This document shows, piece by piece, positions 1-8,141 of a DNA stretch of 64,000 nucleotides. The stretch's first letter is position 1. Each line of letters begins with the position of its first letter. A program made the translations under genes and the position numbers. This stretch comes from an uncultured Actinomycetes bacterium (GTDB lineage: Bacteria; Actinomycetota; Thermoleophilia; Gaiellales; JAICJC01), in assembly GCA_963701125.1 (NCBI GenBank), contig OY969568.1:3571108-3635107 (forward strand), in the 5' to 3' direction. The notes below the pieces were generated by a model. The model had not been told where the DNA came from, made no database searches, and worked only from the letters and a program-made list of their open reading frames with translations.

Positions 1-166
1 CACCACGTAGCACGGTCGCCTTGTGGGCTGGCTCGTCTGGCGCGGGTTGCTCGGTTCGGCCGTTTGCCCGCGGTTTGCCCGCCGGAGTTGATCTCAGGTG
101 ATCGAGCGTGGCACAATCCCGGGCAACCGGGCAGAATCCGAGGCTCGGTGGCGTCGTATCGAACGT

Positions 167-209
167 CTCATAACCCGAAGGTCGCAGGTTCGAATCCTGC
201 CCCCGCTAC
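167..209 (+). other. 3' fragment of an initiator-type tRNA-Met gene (anticodon loop to acceptor 3' strand); putative att site
   Basis: ctcataacccgaaggtcgcaggttcgaatcctgcccccgcta closely resembles the 3' half of bacterial tRNA-fMet: CAU anticodon loop, CCCGA stem strand, GGTTCGAATCC T-arm. The 5' side (aacgt instead of tcggg) cannot pair, and no matching acceptor 5' strand lies at tRNA distance. Confidence 0.7.
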
Positions 210-235
210 TCGATCAAATTGCTGCGCAGAACCGC

Positions 236-262
236 GAAACCGCCGCATTTGCAGGCGGTTTC
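236..262 (+). terminator. Hairpin (9-bp stem gaaaccgcc/ggcggtttc, 9-nt loop) downstream of the tRNA fragment; weak terminator candidate
   Basis: Perfect inverted repeat read directly. Only a short T run (ttt) follows it. Confidence 0.35.
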
Positions 263-564
263 GCTGCGAACAGGGGCGTAGATCTGCGAACGGCTGCGAA
301 CGCCGTTTGCAGGGGTTTTTGCGCCGTGCGTCCTACGGCTGGGTCGCGGACTCTTCCGGTTGGGGTCGCAGCTGCATTGCACGACGCCGAATGCAATGGA
401 ATCCGGCGCCCGGCGGCGACGCGTTGTGGGGGCGCCTGACGGCCTTTTCGGCGGCGAGGTGCACCGGTGCATTCGACCGTAGCGCGGCGACATGTGCCTG
501 CACGGAGCGCCCTGTCAGGCGTTCTCCGGCTGCATTTGTCCGGACGCTCGCTACAACGGGGTGT

Positions 565-765
565 ATGCACACCATCATCGCGTTTCCGGCCCGCGGCGAC
601 TTCGAGCCCTGGGTGTCTAAGCGGGTGCTGGCACGGCACCTCGGCTTCTCCACCCGCTGGGTCGAGCTGCGACATCGCGAAGGGCTGCCCTCGCAGCTGG
701 TCGGCGGGCGCCGCCGCTACCGCATCTCCGAAGTTGAGGCGTGGCTTCGCGAGGCCGGCCGATGA
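565..765 (+). CDS. Excisionase/MerR-like helix-turn-helix DNA-binding protein (Xis-like)
   Basis: The C-terminal 66 aa of ORF 64..765 (MHTIIAF...WVSKRVLARHLGFSTRWVELRHREGLPSQLVGGRRRYRISEVEAWLREAGR) looks like an excisionase-family HTH. It overlaps the start of the integrase. The upstream part of that ORF is R/C-rich and looks non-coding. Confidence 0.6.
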   Translation: MHTIIAFPARGDFEPWVSKRVLARHLGFSTRWVELRHREGLPSQLVGGRRRYRISEVEAWLREAGR

Positions 766-1841
766 TTATCGAGAGAAACGGCCGCTTCGGCGTCTTGGTG
801 TACGACCCGCGCGTCAAGCACAAGGTCTGGGTCGGCACCTATGACACGCGGGAGGAGGCCGAGATGCGCGAGGAACTGGCGAAGGCGGCCCCGCACATCC
901 CCGGCTACGGCGAGGACACCTGCGAGTCGTTCGCACGGCGCTGGCCCGTCGACTTTCCCCGCAACGCACGCGCCACCCAGAACACCTACCGCTATGCGCT
1001 GAAGCGGTTCATCGAGCGGTTCGGCCCGCTTCGGCTGATCGAGCTTGACCGGCCCACCTGCTACCAGTGGGCGCTGACACAGCCCTACGGCACCGCAGTC
1101 GTCTGCCGAAACATGCTGAATGACGCCATCAACGCCGGCCTCTACCGCGGCCCCAACCCGTTCGCCGGCCTTCGCCGGCCGAAGTCCAAGGGGCGCCGCG
1201 ACATCGACGTGATGACCCACACCGACCTCGACGACCTGGTCGCGTGTGCCGTGCACTGCCACGGCGAGTACGGCGAGTCGGTGTTCGGGCCGCTGTTGAT
1301 CTTCCAGGCGTTCGTGACCACCCGCCCTGCCGAGCTCTATTTCATCGAGCGCACAGACGTCCGCGGCGACGAGGTGTACGTCCTCGACTCCGACGACGGC
1401 AGCGGCGACCCGAAGTTGCCCAAGAACTCCAACAAGCGCAAGGTCGTCTTACCGCCGCCAGCCGCCGAGGCGATCGCCCGCGTCCCTGCCCGCATCGGCG
1501 TGCCGTGGCTGTTCTACACGAAGACGGGAAAGCAGTTCAACAAGAGCAACCTTCGCTACTACTGGGATCCCGTGCAGAAGATGTTCGGCCGCCCAGACCT
1601 TGACTTCTACGAGCTGCGCCACTTCGGCGGCGCCTACATGACCAACGAGCTCGACTTGCCGCCGGAGGTGACGGCGATCCAGATGGGCCATCGAGACCAT
1701 GGCCGGCTGGTGCGGGAACTCTACGGGCACAAGTCAGAGAACCTGGCCCGCGAGGAGCTGAAGGACGCCTACCGCCGCCGCTACCACCGGCCCCGCCAGG
1801 CCCGCCGCGAGCCCCCGTTTCCGCCGGAGCGGTCGGCGTGA
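741..1841 (+). CDS. int: Tyrosine recombinase / phage-type integrase
   Basis: The N-terminus has an AP2-like arm-binding segment (GRFGVLVYDPRVKHKVWVGTYDTREEAE). The C-terminus carries YELRHFGG, MGHRDHG and LYGH (R, HxxR, Y catalytic pattern). An alternative ATG lies at 762. Confidence 0.9.
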   Translation: MASRGRPMIIERNGRFGVLVYDPRVKHKVWVGTYDTREEAEMREELAKAAPHIPGYGEDTCESFARRWPVDFPRNARATQNTYRYALKRFIERFGPLRLIELDRPTCYQWALTQPYGTAVVCRNMLNDAINAGLYRGPNPFAGLRRPKSKGRRDIDVMTHTDLDDLVACAVHCHGEYGESVFGPLLIFQAFVTTRPAELYFIERTDVRGDEVYVLDSDDGSGDPKLPKNSNKRKVVLPPPAAEAIARVPARIGVPWLFYTKTGKQFNKSNLRYYWDPVQKMFGRPDLDFYELRHFGGAYMTNELDLPPEVTAIQMGHRDHGRLVRELYGHKSENLAREELKDAYRRRYHRPRQARREPPFPPERSA

Positions 1842-2651
1842 TCCACCGCCGCGCGGCCGGCTATGGGGTGGCGGTGTATGACCCGACCACCAAGCGCATG
1901 CGCTGGGTCGGTACCTATCCGAGCGAGGCGGCGGCCAAACGCGCCGAGGCCGAGGCGGCTGCGCAGGTCGCCGGTGCCGCCACCGGCTATCCGACCCGCT
2001 GGCTGGCGGAACGTCCGCGGCCAGCCGCGCGCACCCGCCGCATGTATACGCGGGCCGTCCGCCTGTTCATCGAACGCTTCGGACGGACCGCTGGACGCGG
2101 TCGAGCCGGTTGATGTGTGGGCCTGGGCGGCGAGCCAACAGCGGGCATTGGCGGTCGCCGTGCAGACGATGTTCTCCGACGCCATCCGCGACGGAGTACA
2201 CCCGGGGCCCAACCCGCTTCGCCGCTTCGCCGGGAGCCGCGGCGGCGGCCGCCGTCCCGGCCAGCTCTCAGAAGACGAGGTCTACCGCCTGGCGGAATGC
2301 GCGGTCGACGCATGGGGCAGCTACGGGCTCGAGGTGCTCGCACCGGCCATCCTTACCACCGCCTATGCCCACCTCACGCGCGCCGAGCTATTTGACCTCA
2401 GACCAGGCGACCTTGACGGCGAGATCCTGCGGGTGCGCCGGGGCGGCCACGTGGATGAGCATCGACTGCCGCCAGAACTGGCCGCCGAGCTGGCCACGCG
2501 CACCCAACGCGGAGCCGAGTGGATGTTCGAGACGATCCGCGGGCGCAAGCTCACCGAAGGCACCCATTACCGCTACTGGAGCGCGATCCGCGTCGCCTAC
2601 GGCCGTCCTGACATGCACTTCCACGAGGTGAGGCTCGATCACGAGCTCTAG
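1838..2651 (+). pseudogene. Second integrase paralogue, frameshifted and 3'-truncated
   Basis: The N-terminus (YGVAVYDPTTKRMRWVGTYPSEAAAKRAE...FIERFG) parallels int. The frame breaks near 2085-2095 and continues in ORF 1863..2651. The sequence ends at DMHFHEVRLDHEL, before the HxxR and Tyr motifs. Confidence 0.8.
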
Positions 2652-2687
2652 CGTGGCGTCTCTCGGCCCGGAACAAGCTCACGGCGA

Positions 2688-3248
2688 TTGGCCTGGAGTA
2701 AAGAAAAGCCGCATGATGGGGATCGTATGAGGGTGGAGCTTCTTGACGACTGTTCGGGCGGTGCCCCTCTCGTGGGAGCGACGCGCGACGCCATCGAGGC
2801 CATCTATCGCCGCTCGTACCCGGACTTCCTTCGCGTCGCGACCGCGATCACCGCGGACGAAGCGGAGGCAGCCGACGCGGTACAGGACGCATTCGCTAGC
2901 GCGCTGCGATCGAGGCGTGGGTACCGCGGTAGCGGATCGCTGGACGCGTGGCTTTGGCGCGTGGTCGTCAACGCTGCGCGCAAGCGCCGCGCAGCCAGGC
3001 CGAATGTGTCGGATGCGTCCGCCGGCGAGCCGGCCGGCGGTTCCGATGACCCTGGTGATGAATCAGTCCGTGCCCTGGTCGCGGCGCTCCCCGAGCGACA
3101 GCGCTTGGTGCTGTTCCTGCGGTACTACGCCGACCTCGACTACCGCGCCATCGGCCGCGTCCTCGGTATCCGGTCCGGAACGGTCGGCGCCACGTTGAGC
3201 GCCGCCCATCAGGCGCTTCGCGCCCACCTGGAGGACAACGATGAGTGA
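2688..3248 (+). CDS. ECF-type RNA polymerase sigma factor (sigma-70 family)
   Basis: Region 2-like segment (YRRSYPDFLRVA...DAVQDAF) and region 4 HTH (LPERQRLVLFLRYYADLDYRAIGRVLGIRSGTVGATLSAAHQALR). The start is uncertain, with an ATG at 2727. Confidence 0.85.
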   Translation: MAWSKEKPHDGDRMRVELLDDCSGGAPLVGATRDAIEAIYRRSYPDFLRVATAITADEAEAADAVQDAFASALRSRRGYRGSGSLDAWLWRVVVNAARKRRAARPNVSDASAGEPAGGSDDPGDESVRALVAALPERQRLVLFLRYYADLDYRAIGRVLGIRSGTVGATLSAAHQALRAHLEDNDE

Positions 3249-4230
3249 GTTCGACCCGATCGTCAGCGGCATTCTGGACAGGTATGTGGAGCGCCGAGAC
3301 GCCGCGACGGGCGATTGGGCCAACGTGCTTCAGCGTGCGCACGCCTCGTCGTCGCGATCACGGTTGCTGACACGACGCCGCGCCGTCGTCGCGGCGATCG
3401 CCATCATGGCGCTGACCGCCTCCGCCGCCGAGGCCGGCGTGCTGCAGCGGGCCGCCCGTGCCTTCACAGACCTCCTCTCGCCTGCCTCCCCCAAAGCCAC
3501 GCAGGTGATCGCGTCCGCCGGCCGCCGGTTCAGTCTGGAACTGCAGACGATGGGGCGCGAGTTGCCCCACAAGGTGACGGGGTCGGCGCCAGTTCTTCGC
3601 CTCGGCCCGGCCCGCCAGGTTTCGACGCTTCCCACCCCGTTGGGCCGCGTGGCTTGGGACGCCGCCGTCGATCGGAACGGACGGGGCTACTGTCAGGTGG
3701 CAGTCCGCCACAACCGCAGCCTCGGCGGTGACTGCCAAGTCACGGACGAGCGCGGGTTCGCGCTCAGCGTCGCGACCTCCGGCGACACCTCCAGACTCGT
3801 GATCATTACCGGTCTGGTTCCGACGTCGGCTGCGAAGGTCGTCATCGCACGGCCGTCCCACCCATCCGCACAGGCACGACGGATTGGCCGCTTCTTCTTC
3901 GCGACGGTGCCCGAAGGATCTCCCCTGACAGTCACGGTCACGGCTGACGATGGGCATGTCTTGCGCAATGCCGCGTTCACCGACCCGGTCTGCACCAATG
4001 GCGTCGACCCGAGAGGGCTCCGCCTCCTGGCTGGCCTCGGGTTCACCTACTGCGGGCAAGGGGGCGTGATCGGTCGCTTCCCAGCAAACCCGAATTCGCC
4101 CCCGTGTGCGCGGCAAGCGGATGCGGCACCCCGATCATCCGAAACAACGAACAACCGATGCCCGCCGCCGCGCCGTCGACCGCGAAGGCCCTGCTACGGC
4201 AACTGCGGGAGAACCTGGGCACGGCCCTGA
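3241..4230 (+). CDS. Hypothetical single-pass membrane protein, possible anti-sigma factor
   Basis: The start overlaps the sigma factor stop. There is one TM segment (AVVAAIAIMALTASAA). The last ~40 aa are R/P-rich, so the real end may lie near 4100 or shift frame into the next ORF. Confidence 0.45.
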   Translation: MSEFDPIVSGILDRYVERRDAATGDWANVLQRAHASSSRSRLLTRRRAVVAAIAIMALTASAAEAGVLQRAARAFTDLLSPASPKATQVIASAGRRFSLELQTMGRELPHKVTGSAPVLRLGPARQVSTLPTPLGRVAWDAAVDRNGRGYCQVAVRHNRSLGGDCQVTDERGFALSVATSGDTSRLVIITGLVPTSAAKVVIARPSHPSAQARRIGRFFFATVPEGSPLTVTVTADDGHVLRNAAFTDPVCTNGVDPRGLRLLAGLGFTYCGQGGVIGRFPANPNSPPCARQADAAPRSSETTNNRCPPPRRRPRRPCYGNCGRTWARP

Positions 4231-4823
4231 TCGAGGACGCCCGCCTTGGCGCGCCCCCCGACGGTTACGGCAAGGGCGGCCACTGGCTCTACGTTCGCAT
4301 CGCCGCCGCCCACGGCGTCGAGGGCGCGCTCGCCGACTTCTACGCCCTCCTGCTGGCCGGCGCCTACGGCAGGGAAGCGCCACTCGGCCATCTGCCGCCG
4401 CTGGGTGGGCTCACCTACTACGACGACGCCCGCACTCCAGGGTGTGGACGGTCTGCCGACGATCCGACCTGCTCCGGCGTGTCGTGGCGCGCCCATCCCC
4501 AGATCGGCGCCGGCGGCCGTACAGACGCCGCCACGGTTGAGTCAGAAATCCGACTCGCACTCGCTCGACTGGGACTGGTTCCCGTCTCGATCAAGCTCGT
4601 CAGACCGCTCGATAGCCTTGCTGCCATCGTGGTCGCGCGCACAGATCGTCCGGCTGGACTCAACCTTGCGAGGCTCGCGGACCAAGTCTTCGGCTCCAAC
4701 CCCGGCCTCGAGGGCACATACCTCGAGATACTCGACCATGACGGTCATCCCCTGGCAGCCCAGGCCGCGGAAGACTCGCTCGGAATCGGGATTGGGTGGG
4801 CCGCGCACAAACCGCGCGGGTAG
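4104..4823 (+). CDS. Hypothetical protein
   Basis: Balanced, protein-like composition over 239 aa. An internal ATG at 4158 is a plausible start. No family recognised. Confidence 0.4.
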   Translation: MCAASGCGTPIIRNNEQPMPAAAPSTAKALLRQLRENLGTALIEDARLGAPPDGYGKGGHWLYVRIAAAHGVEGALADFYALLLAGAYGREAPLGHLPPLGGLTYYDDARTPGCGRSADDPTCSGVSWRAHPQIGAGGRTDAATVESEIRLALARLGLVPVSIKLVRPLDSLAAIVVARTDRPAGLNLARLADQVFGSNPGLEGTYLEILDHDGHPLAAQAAEDSLGIGIGWAAHKPRG

Positions 4824-4989
4824 TCGCGGGTGCCCTGGACGAGCTTGTCAACGCCGCCTGGCAACCAGAGTGCCATGCGGCCTCCAGACGGCTGCCAGAG
4901 GCGGCAAGGCGGCAGCCTTGCGCTGTTACCGCAGCGGTCTGAACGGCTGGCCGCCTTGGCCGCATCTCGCGGCTTCTTTCGCGGAACTC

Positions 4990-5790
4990 CTAGGCGGAGG
5001 AGAGCTTCGCGTCCAGGTAGGTGAGCAGCGACCGGCCGACGTTGATCACGAGCCGGGCTTCCTCGTCTCCGAGCAGCTCCTCGTTTGGGTGCGCGACGCT
5101 GGCGCGGTTCCGAAGGGGAAGCAGGGCGTCGAGGATCGCCCCGGATGCGTTCAGCACCTTCGCGATGTCATCCGCCCGGGGCCCGAGATCACGCAGGCCC
5201 GAGTGGTCGCGCCGGAGCTTCCGCAAGAGCGCGGGCATCGGGTCGGTCTCCTCGTAGGCGACCCCCGCGGTGCGGCACTGGAGCACCAGGTAGCCGTGGA
5301 GGGCGGTGTGCACCCGGTCGACTGCGCTCGTCGGGCCGGATGTCTGAATCAGCGTCTCGGCATCCCGCAGCGCCCTGTCGACGACGTCGCTCGTCATCTG
5401 CGGGACGGGAGGCAGGACGCCCGGCTGCCGCTCGAGGCGAGCGGCGACCTCGAGCAGCGAGTCACGGGCCGCAGCCGTCCGCGTCGCCGGTGCGTCCGCA
5501 GCCTCGATCGGGAACCGCTCGATCACGCCGCGGATGATCTTCGCCTGGTCGCCGGGATGGCGGCTCGAAAGGATCTGGATGAAGCGCTCCCGTGTGGTGC
5601 CCTCGTACTCGTACGGGTTGATGTCGAGGTCGCAGTATTCCGGGTAGAAGTCCGCGTGTGTGCGGTAGGAGAAGTCTCCAAGGTAGCCGCCGCTCACGCC
5701 GACGTAGCGGTTCACAAGCCGCGTGATCTCCATGGCCGTCATGCCGCCAGGCGACGGAGCGGACGGCGGGTGTCTGGCTGGGATACTCAC
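4990..5790 (-). CDS. HEPN-type Abi_C / AbiJ-like protein (putative abortive-infection RNase)
   Basis: The C-terminal LPLRNRASVAHPNE fits the HEPN Rx4-6H motif in an Abi_C-like context. The N-terminus (GYLGDFSYRTHADFYPEYCDLDINPYEYEGTTRERF) resembles AbiJ N-terminal domains from memory. Alternative ATG starts lie at 5742 and 5733. Confidence 0.6.
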   Translation of the reverse strand: MSIPARHPPSAPSPGGMTAMEITRLVNRYVGVSGGYLGDFSYRTHADFYPEYCDLDINPYEYEGTTRERFIQILSSRHPGDQAKIIRGVIERFPIEAADAPATRTAAARDSLLEVAARLERQPGVLPPVPQMTSDVVDRALRDAETLIQTSGPTSAVDRVHTALHGYLVLQCRTAGVAYEETDPMPALLRKLRRDHSGLRDLGPRADDIAKVLNASGAILDALLPLRNRASVAHPNEELLGDEEARLVINVGRSLLTYLDAKLSSA

Positions 5791-5864
5791 CCGAGAGATG
5801 GTAGAGAGCCGGTCGGACCCGATCCGCGGAGCGGCCGGTGCGGTCAGCGAAACGCTCCCAAAGA

Positions 5865-5901
5865 AAAGTGTAGTCAGGTAGTGTTTACTTCGCTACACTT
5901 T
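5865..5901. promoter_or_regulatory. Perfect 9-bp inverted repeat (aaagtgtag N19 ctacacttt) in an AT-rich divergent promoter region
   Basis: Read directly. It lies between the HEPN gene (minus) and the ATPase gene (plus), in one of the few low-GC patches of the window. Confidence 0.5.
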
Positions 5902-5906
5902 GTCTA

Positions 5907-7325
5907 ATGACGAGCAAAGGCTTCATCGGTCGGGACGCTGAGATGGCCGAGCTGGGGGCGCACCTCGAGTTCGTGCAGGAGCGTGGCGCCGGACGGATGC
6001 TCGCGATGCGCGGCCGCCGCCAGATCGGAAAGTCACGGCTGGTTGAGGAGTTCATCCGCCGAAGCGGCGCAGACGCGATCTTCTACACCGCCTCCAAGCA
6101 GTCCAGCGAGGACGAGCTGCGCATCTTCGGCGAGCAGGTCGCGCTCCTGGACACCCCTGGCGGGCAGATCGCCCAGGCCGGCCCGGTCGGTTCATGGGAG
6201 GCCGCGCTGACGATCGCCGCGACCGGCGCGTCGGCGGAGTCGCCGATCATCATCGTCATCGATGAGTTGCCGTTCCTGATCGATAGCGAGTCCGCGATCG
6301 AGGGGATCATCCAGAAGCAGTGGGACCGAGGGCTCGAGCGGCAGCCGGTGCTCTTGCTGCTGGTCGGCTCCGACCTCTCCATGATGGAAGCCCTCAACGA
6401 GTACGACCGCCCGCTGTACGGCCGATTCACCGAGATGGTCGTCCGGCCGTTCTCGCCCAACGCCATCAGTTCGATGCTCCGCCTCGATGCGGCAGACGCG
6501 CTGGACGCCTACCTCGTGATCGGTGGATTCCCGCGCCTGGCCGAGATCTGGCATCGCGGCGACGATGTATGGAAGTTCCTGCGCCGCGAGCTCCAGAATC
6601 CCCAGTCGCCGCTGATCGTCCTGGCGGAACGCTCCCTCAACGCCGAGTTCCCCGCCGACATGAAGGCCCGCGACGTGATCGAGGCGATCGGCGCCGGCGA
6701 GCGATCGTTCAGCACCATCCTCAGCCGGGCCGGCGTCTCCAACAAGACGCTCGAGACGACCCTGGAGACCCTGATCGACAAGCGGGTGATCCGAAAGGCG
6801 CTGCCCTACTCGGCGACTCCGCGGCCGAAGCTGTCGCGCTACCACATCGCAGATCCATACCTGCGGTTCTGGCTACGGTTCGTCCGTCCAAACCTGCCCG
6901 CCATCGAACGTGGCCGTGGCGATCTCGTCTACAAGGACATCCGCGCCCAGTGGCAGACCTACGCCGGCCGGGCGATCGAGCCGACCGTGCGGGGCGCCGT
7001 CGAGAACCTGTTGCCCGATCCTCGGTTCGCCGACGCGCAGTTCGTCGGCGGCTTCTGGAATCGTGACAACAGCATCGAGGTCGACCTGGTCGGCGGCCGA
7101 AACGCCGACACGTCCGACACCATCGACTTCGTGGGATCGATCAAATGGCGTGACAACGCGGCCTTCAACCGCCACGACCTGAGCCGCCTCATCGAACATC
7201 GAGCGGCCGTGCCGGGAGCGACCTCGGACGCGCGACTTGTGGGCGTTTCACGCAGCGGATTTACCGCCGAGGGCCTCGACGTCCAACTCGATCCACAGAC
7301 GATCCTCGACGCCTTCCCAGCCTGA
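5907..7325 (+). CDS. AAA-type ATPase (archaeal-ATPase/ORC-like) with a DUF234-like, PD-(D/E)xK-like C-terminal region
   Basis: Walker A GRRQIGKS and Walker B IIIVIDELPF. The C-terminus has IEVDLVGG...FVGSIKWRD, an E-x-D...S-x-K pattern typical of restriction-endonuclease-fold tails on these ATPases. Confidence 0.75.
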   Translation: MTSKGFIGRDAEMAELGAHLEFVQERGAGRMLAMRGRRQIGKSRLVEEFIRRSGADAIFYTASKQSSEDELRIFGEQVALLDTPGGQIAQAGPVGSWEAALTIAATGASAESPIIIVIDELPFLIDSESAIEGIIQKQWDRGLERQPVLLLLVGSDLSMMEALNEYDRPLYGRFTEMVVRPFSPNAISSMLRLDAADALDAYLVIGGFPRLAEIWHRGDDVWKFLRRELQNPQSPLIVLAERSLNAEFPADMKARDVIEAIGAGERSFSTILSRAGVSNKTLETTLETLIDKRVIRKALPYSATPRPKLSRYHIADPYLRFWLRFVRPNLPAIERGRGDLVYKDIRAQWQTYAGRAIEPTVRGAVENLLPDPRFADAQFVGGFWNRDNSIEVDLVGGRNADTSDTIDFVGSIKWRDNAAFNRHDLSRLIEHRAAVPGATSDARLVGVSRSGFTAEGLDVQLDPQTILDAFPA

Positions 7326-7491
7326 CGACGGCGGACGGTACGAGGTGTCCGAGGCCCGACCCCCACGTCGCCGCAGCCAAACCGTGCGGCGCACGGCGAG
7401 CTCTGATATACGTCTACCGAGAACGCCGCAGTTCGCCGGGTCGCACGGTAGGTAGCAGGAGCAGCGCGCTTTCCGCGCTGGGAACCATGTT

Positions 7492-7520
7492 TCGCAGGGA
7501 GTTGCACTAATCCCCGCTAC
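7492..7520 (+). repeat. Degenerate copy of the tRNA 3' end (TCGCAGG-N13-CCCCGCTAC), putative distal att site
   Basis: It shares both flanking blocks with 182-209, but the T-loop region has diverged. Confidence 0.4.
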
Positions 7521-7527
7521 CTCGGAG

Positions 7528-7552
7528 AAGGCCCGCCTGTGCGGGCCTTTTT
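7528..7552 (+). terminator. Rho-independent terminator
   Basis: aaggcccgc ctgt gcgggcctt followed by ttt: a 9-bp GC-rich stem, 4-nt loop and T run. Confidence 0.75.
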
Positions 7553-7574
7553 CGTTCGACGCCTGGGGGAGACC

Positions 7575-8141
7575 GTGACAACCCTTGAGAACCGGCCGAA
7601 CACTGCACTACTCGTGGTCGACGTCCAGAACGCCGCCGTCGAGCGGGCGCACGAGCGCGACGCCGTCGTCGCCAACGTCGGCAGCCTTGTCGAGCGGGCG
7701 CGGCGCGAGGGGGTGCCGGTGGTCTGGGTGCAGCACTCCGACGCGGAGCTTGCAAGGGGCAGCGACGGCTGGCGGATCGTCTCCGAGCTGACTCCGGGCG
7801 CCGCCGAGCCGCTGGTCGAGAAGAGCTACGGCGACTCCTTCGAGGACACCACGCTCGAGACCGTCCTTCGGAGTCTCGGTGTCGGGCGGCTGGTCGTCGT
7901 CGGCGCGCAGACCGATTGGTGTGTGCGCTCGACGCTGCATGGCGCCCTCGCAAGGGGCTACGACACCATGCTCGTCGGCGACGCCCACACGACGGAGGAC
8001 CAGACCGAGTGGGGCGCGCCGCCGCCGGAGGCCGTCATCGCGCACACGAACCTGTACTGGGCATACCAGACGGCGCCAGGGCGAACCGCTGGGACCGTCA
8101 GCTGCAATGACGTCGACTTCGGCGACGCCCGCGCCTCTTAA
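7575..8141 (+). CDS. Isochorismatase-family cysteine hydrolase
   Basis: ALLVVDVQNA...VVWVQH...LVVVGAQTDWCVRST pattern. GTG at 7575 is preceded by gggggag. The longer ORF start at 7539 sits inside the terminator hairpin. Confidence 0.8.
   Translation: MTTLENRPNTALLVVDVQNAAVERAHERDAVVANVGSLVERARREGVPVVWVQHSDAELARGSDGWRIVSELTPGAAEPLVEKSYGDSFEDTTLETVLRSLGVGRLVVVGAQTDWCVRSTLHGALARGYDTMLVGDAHTTEDQTEWGAPPPEAVIAHTNLYWAYQTAPGRTAGTVSCNDVDFGDARAS

Larger units (their letters stand above)
167..7520 (+). mobile_element. Integrase-associated genomic island (possibly a decayed or tandem integrative element) bounded by tRNA-derived imperfect direct repeats
   Basis: A tRNA-fMet fragment is followed by xis-like, int and int-pseudogene genes plus accessory cargo. 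TCGCAGG-N12-CCCCGCTAC at 182-209 recurs as TCGCAGG-N13-CCCCGCTAC at 7492-7520, and a strong terminator follows the right copy. Confidence 0.5.

Noticed and set aside
104-209. Attempt to build a full-length tRNA ending at the tRNA-fMet 3' fragment
   Set aside because: The only partly complementary acceptor 5' strand (agcgtgg at ~104) is 105 nt from the 3' end and has a mismatch. The anticodon stem 5' strand (aacgt) cannot pair with cccga. This is a fragment, not a gene.
64-564. N-terminal 167 aa of ORF 64..765 as part of the Xis-like protein
   Set aside because: This part reads through the tRNA fragment and the repeat array. It is Arg/Cys/Ala-rich with no protein-like pattern. An internal ATG at 565 gives a typical 66-aa excisionase-size product.
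7450-7521. 71-nt segment with a 6-7-bp terminal helix (ggtagc.../...gctacc) that looked tRNA-like on either strand
   Set aside because: No canonical D-arm, 7-nt anticodon loop or GTTCRANYC T-loop can be drawn. The internal hairpin has a 7-bp stem and 5-nt loop. It is better explained as a degenerate att copy plus a hairpin.
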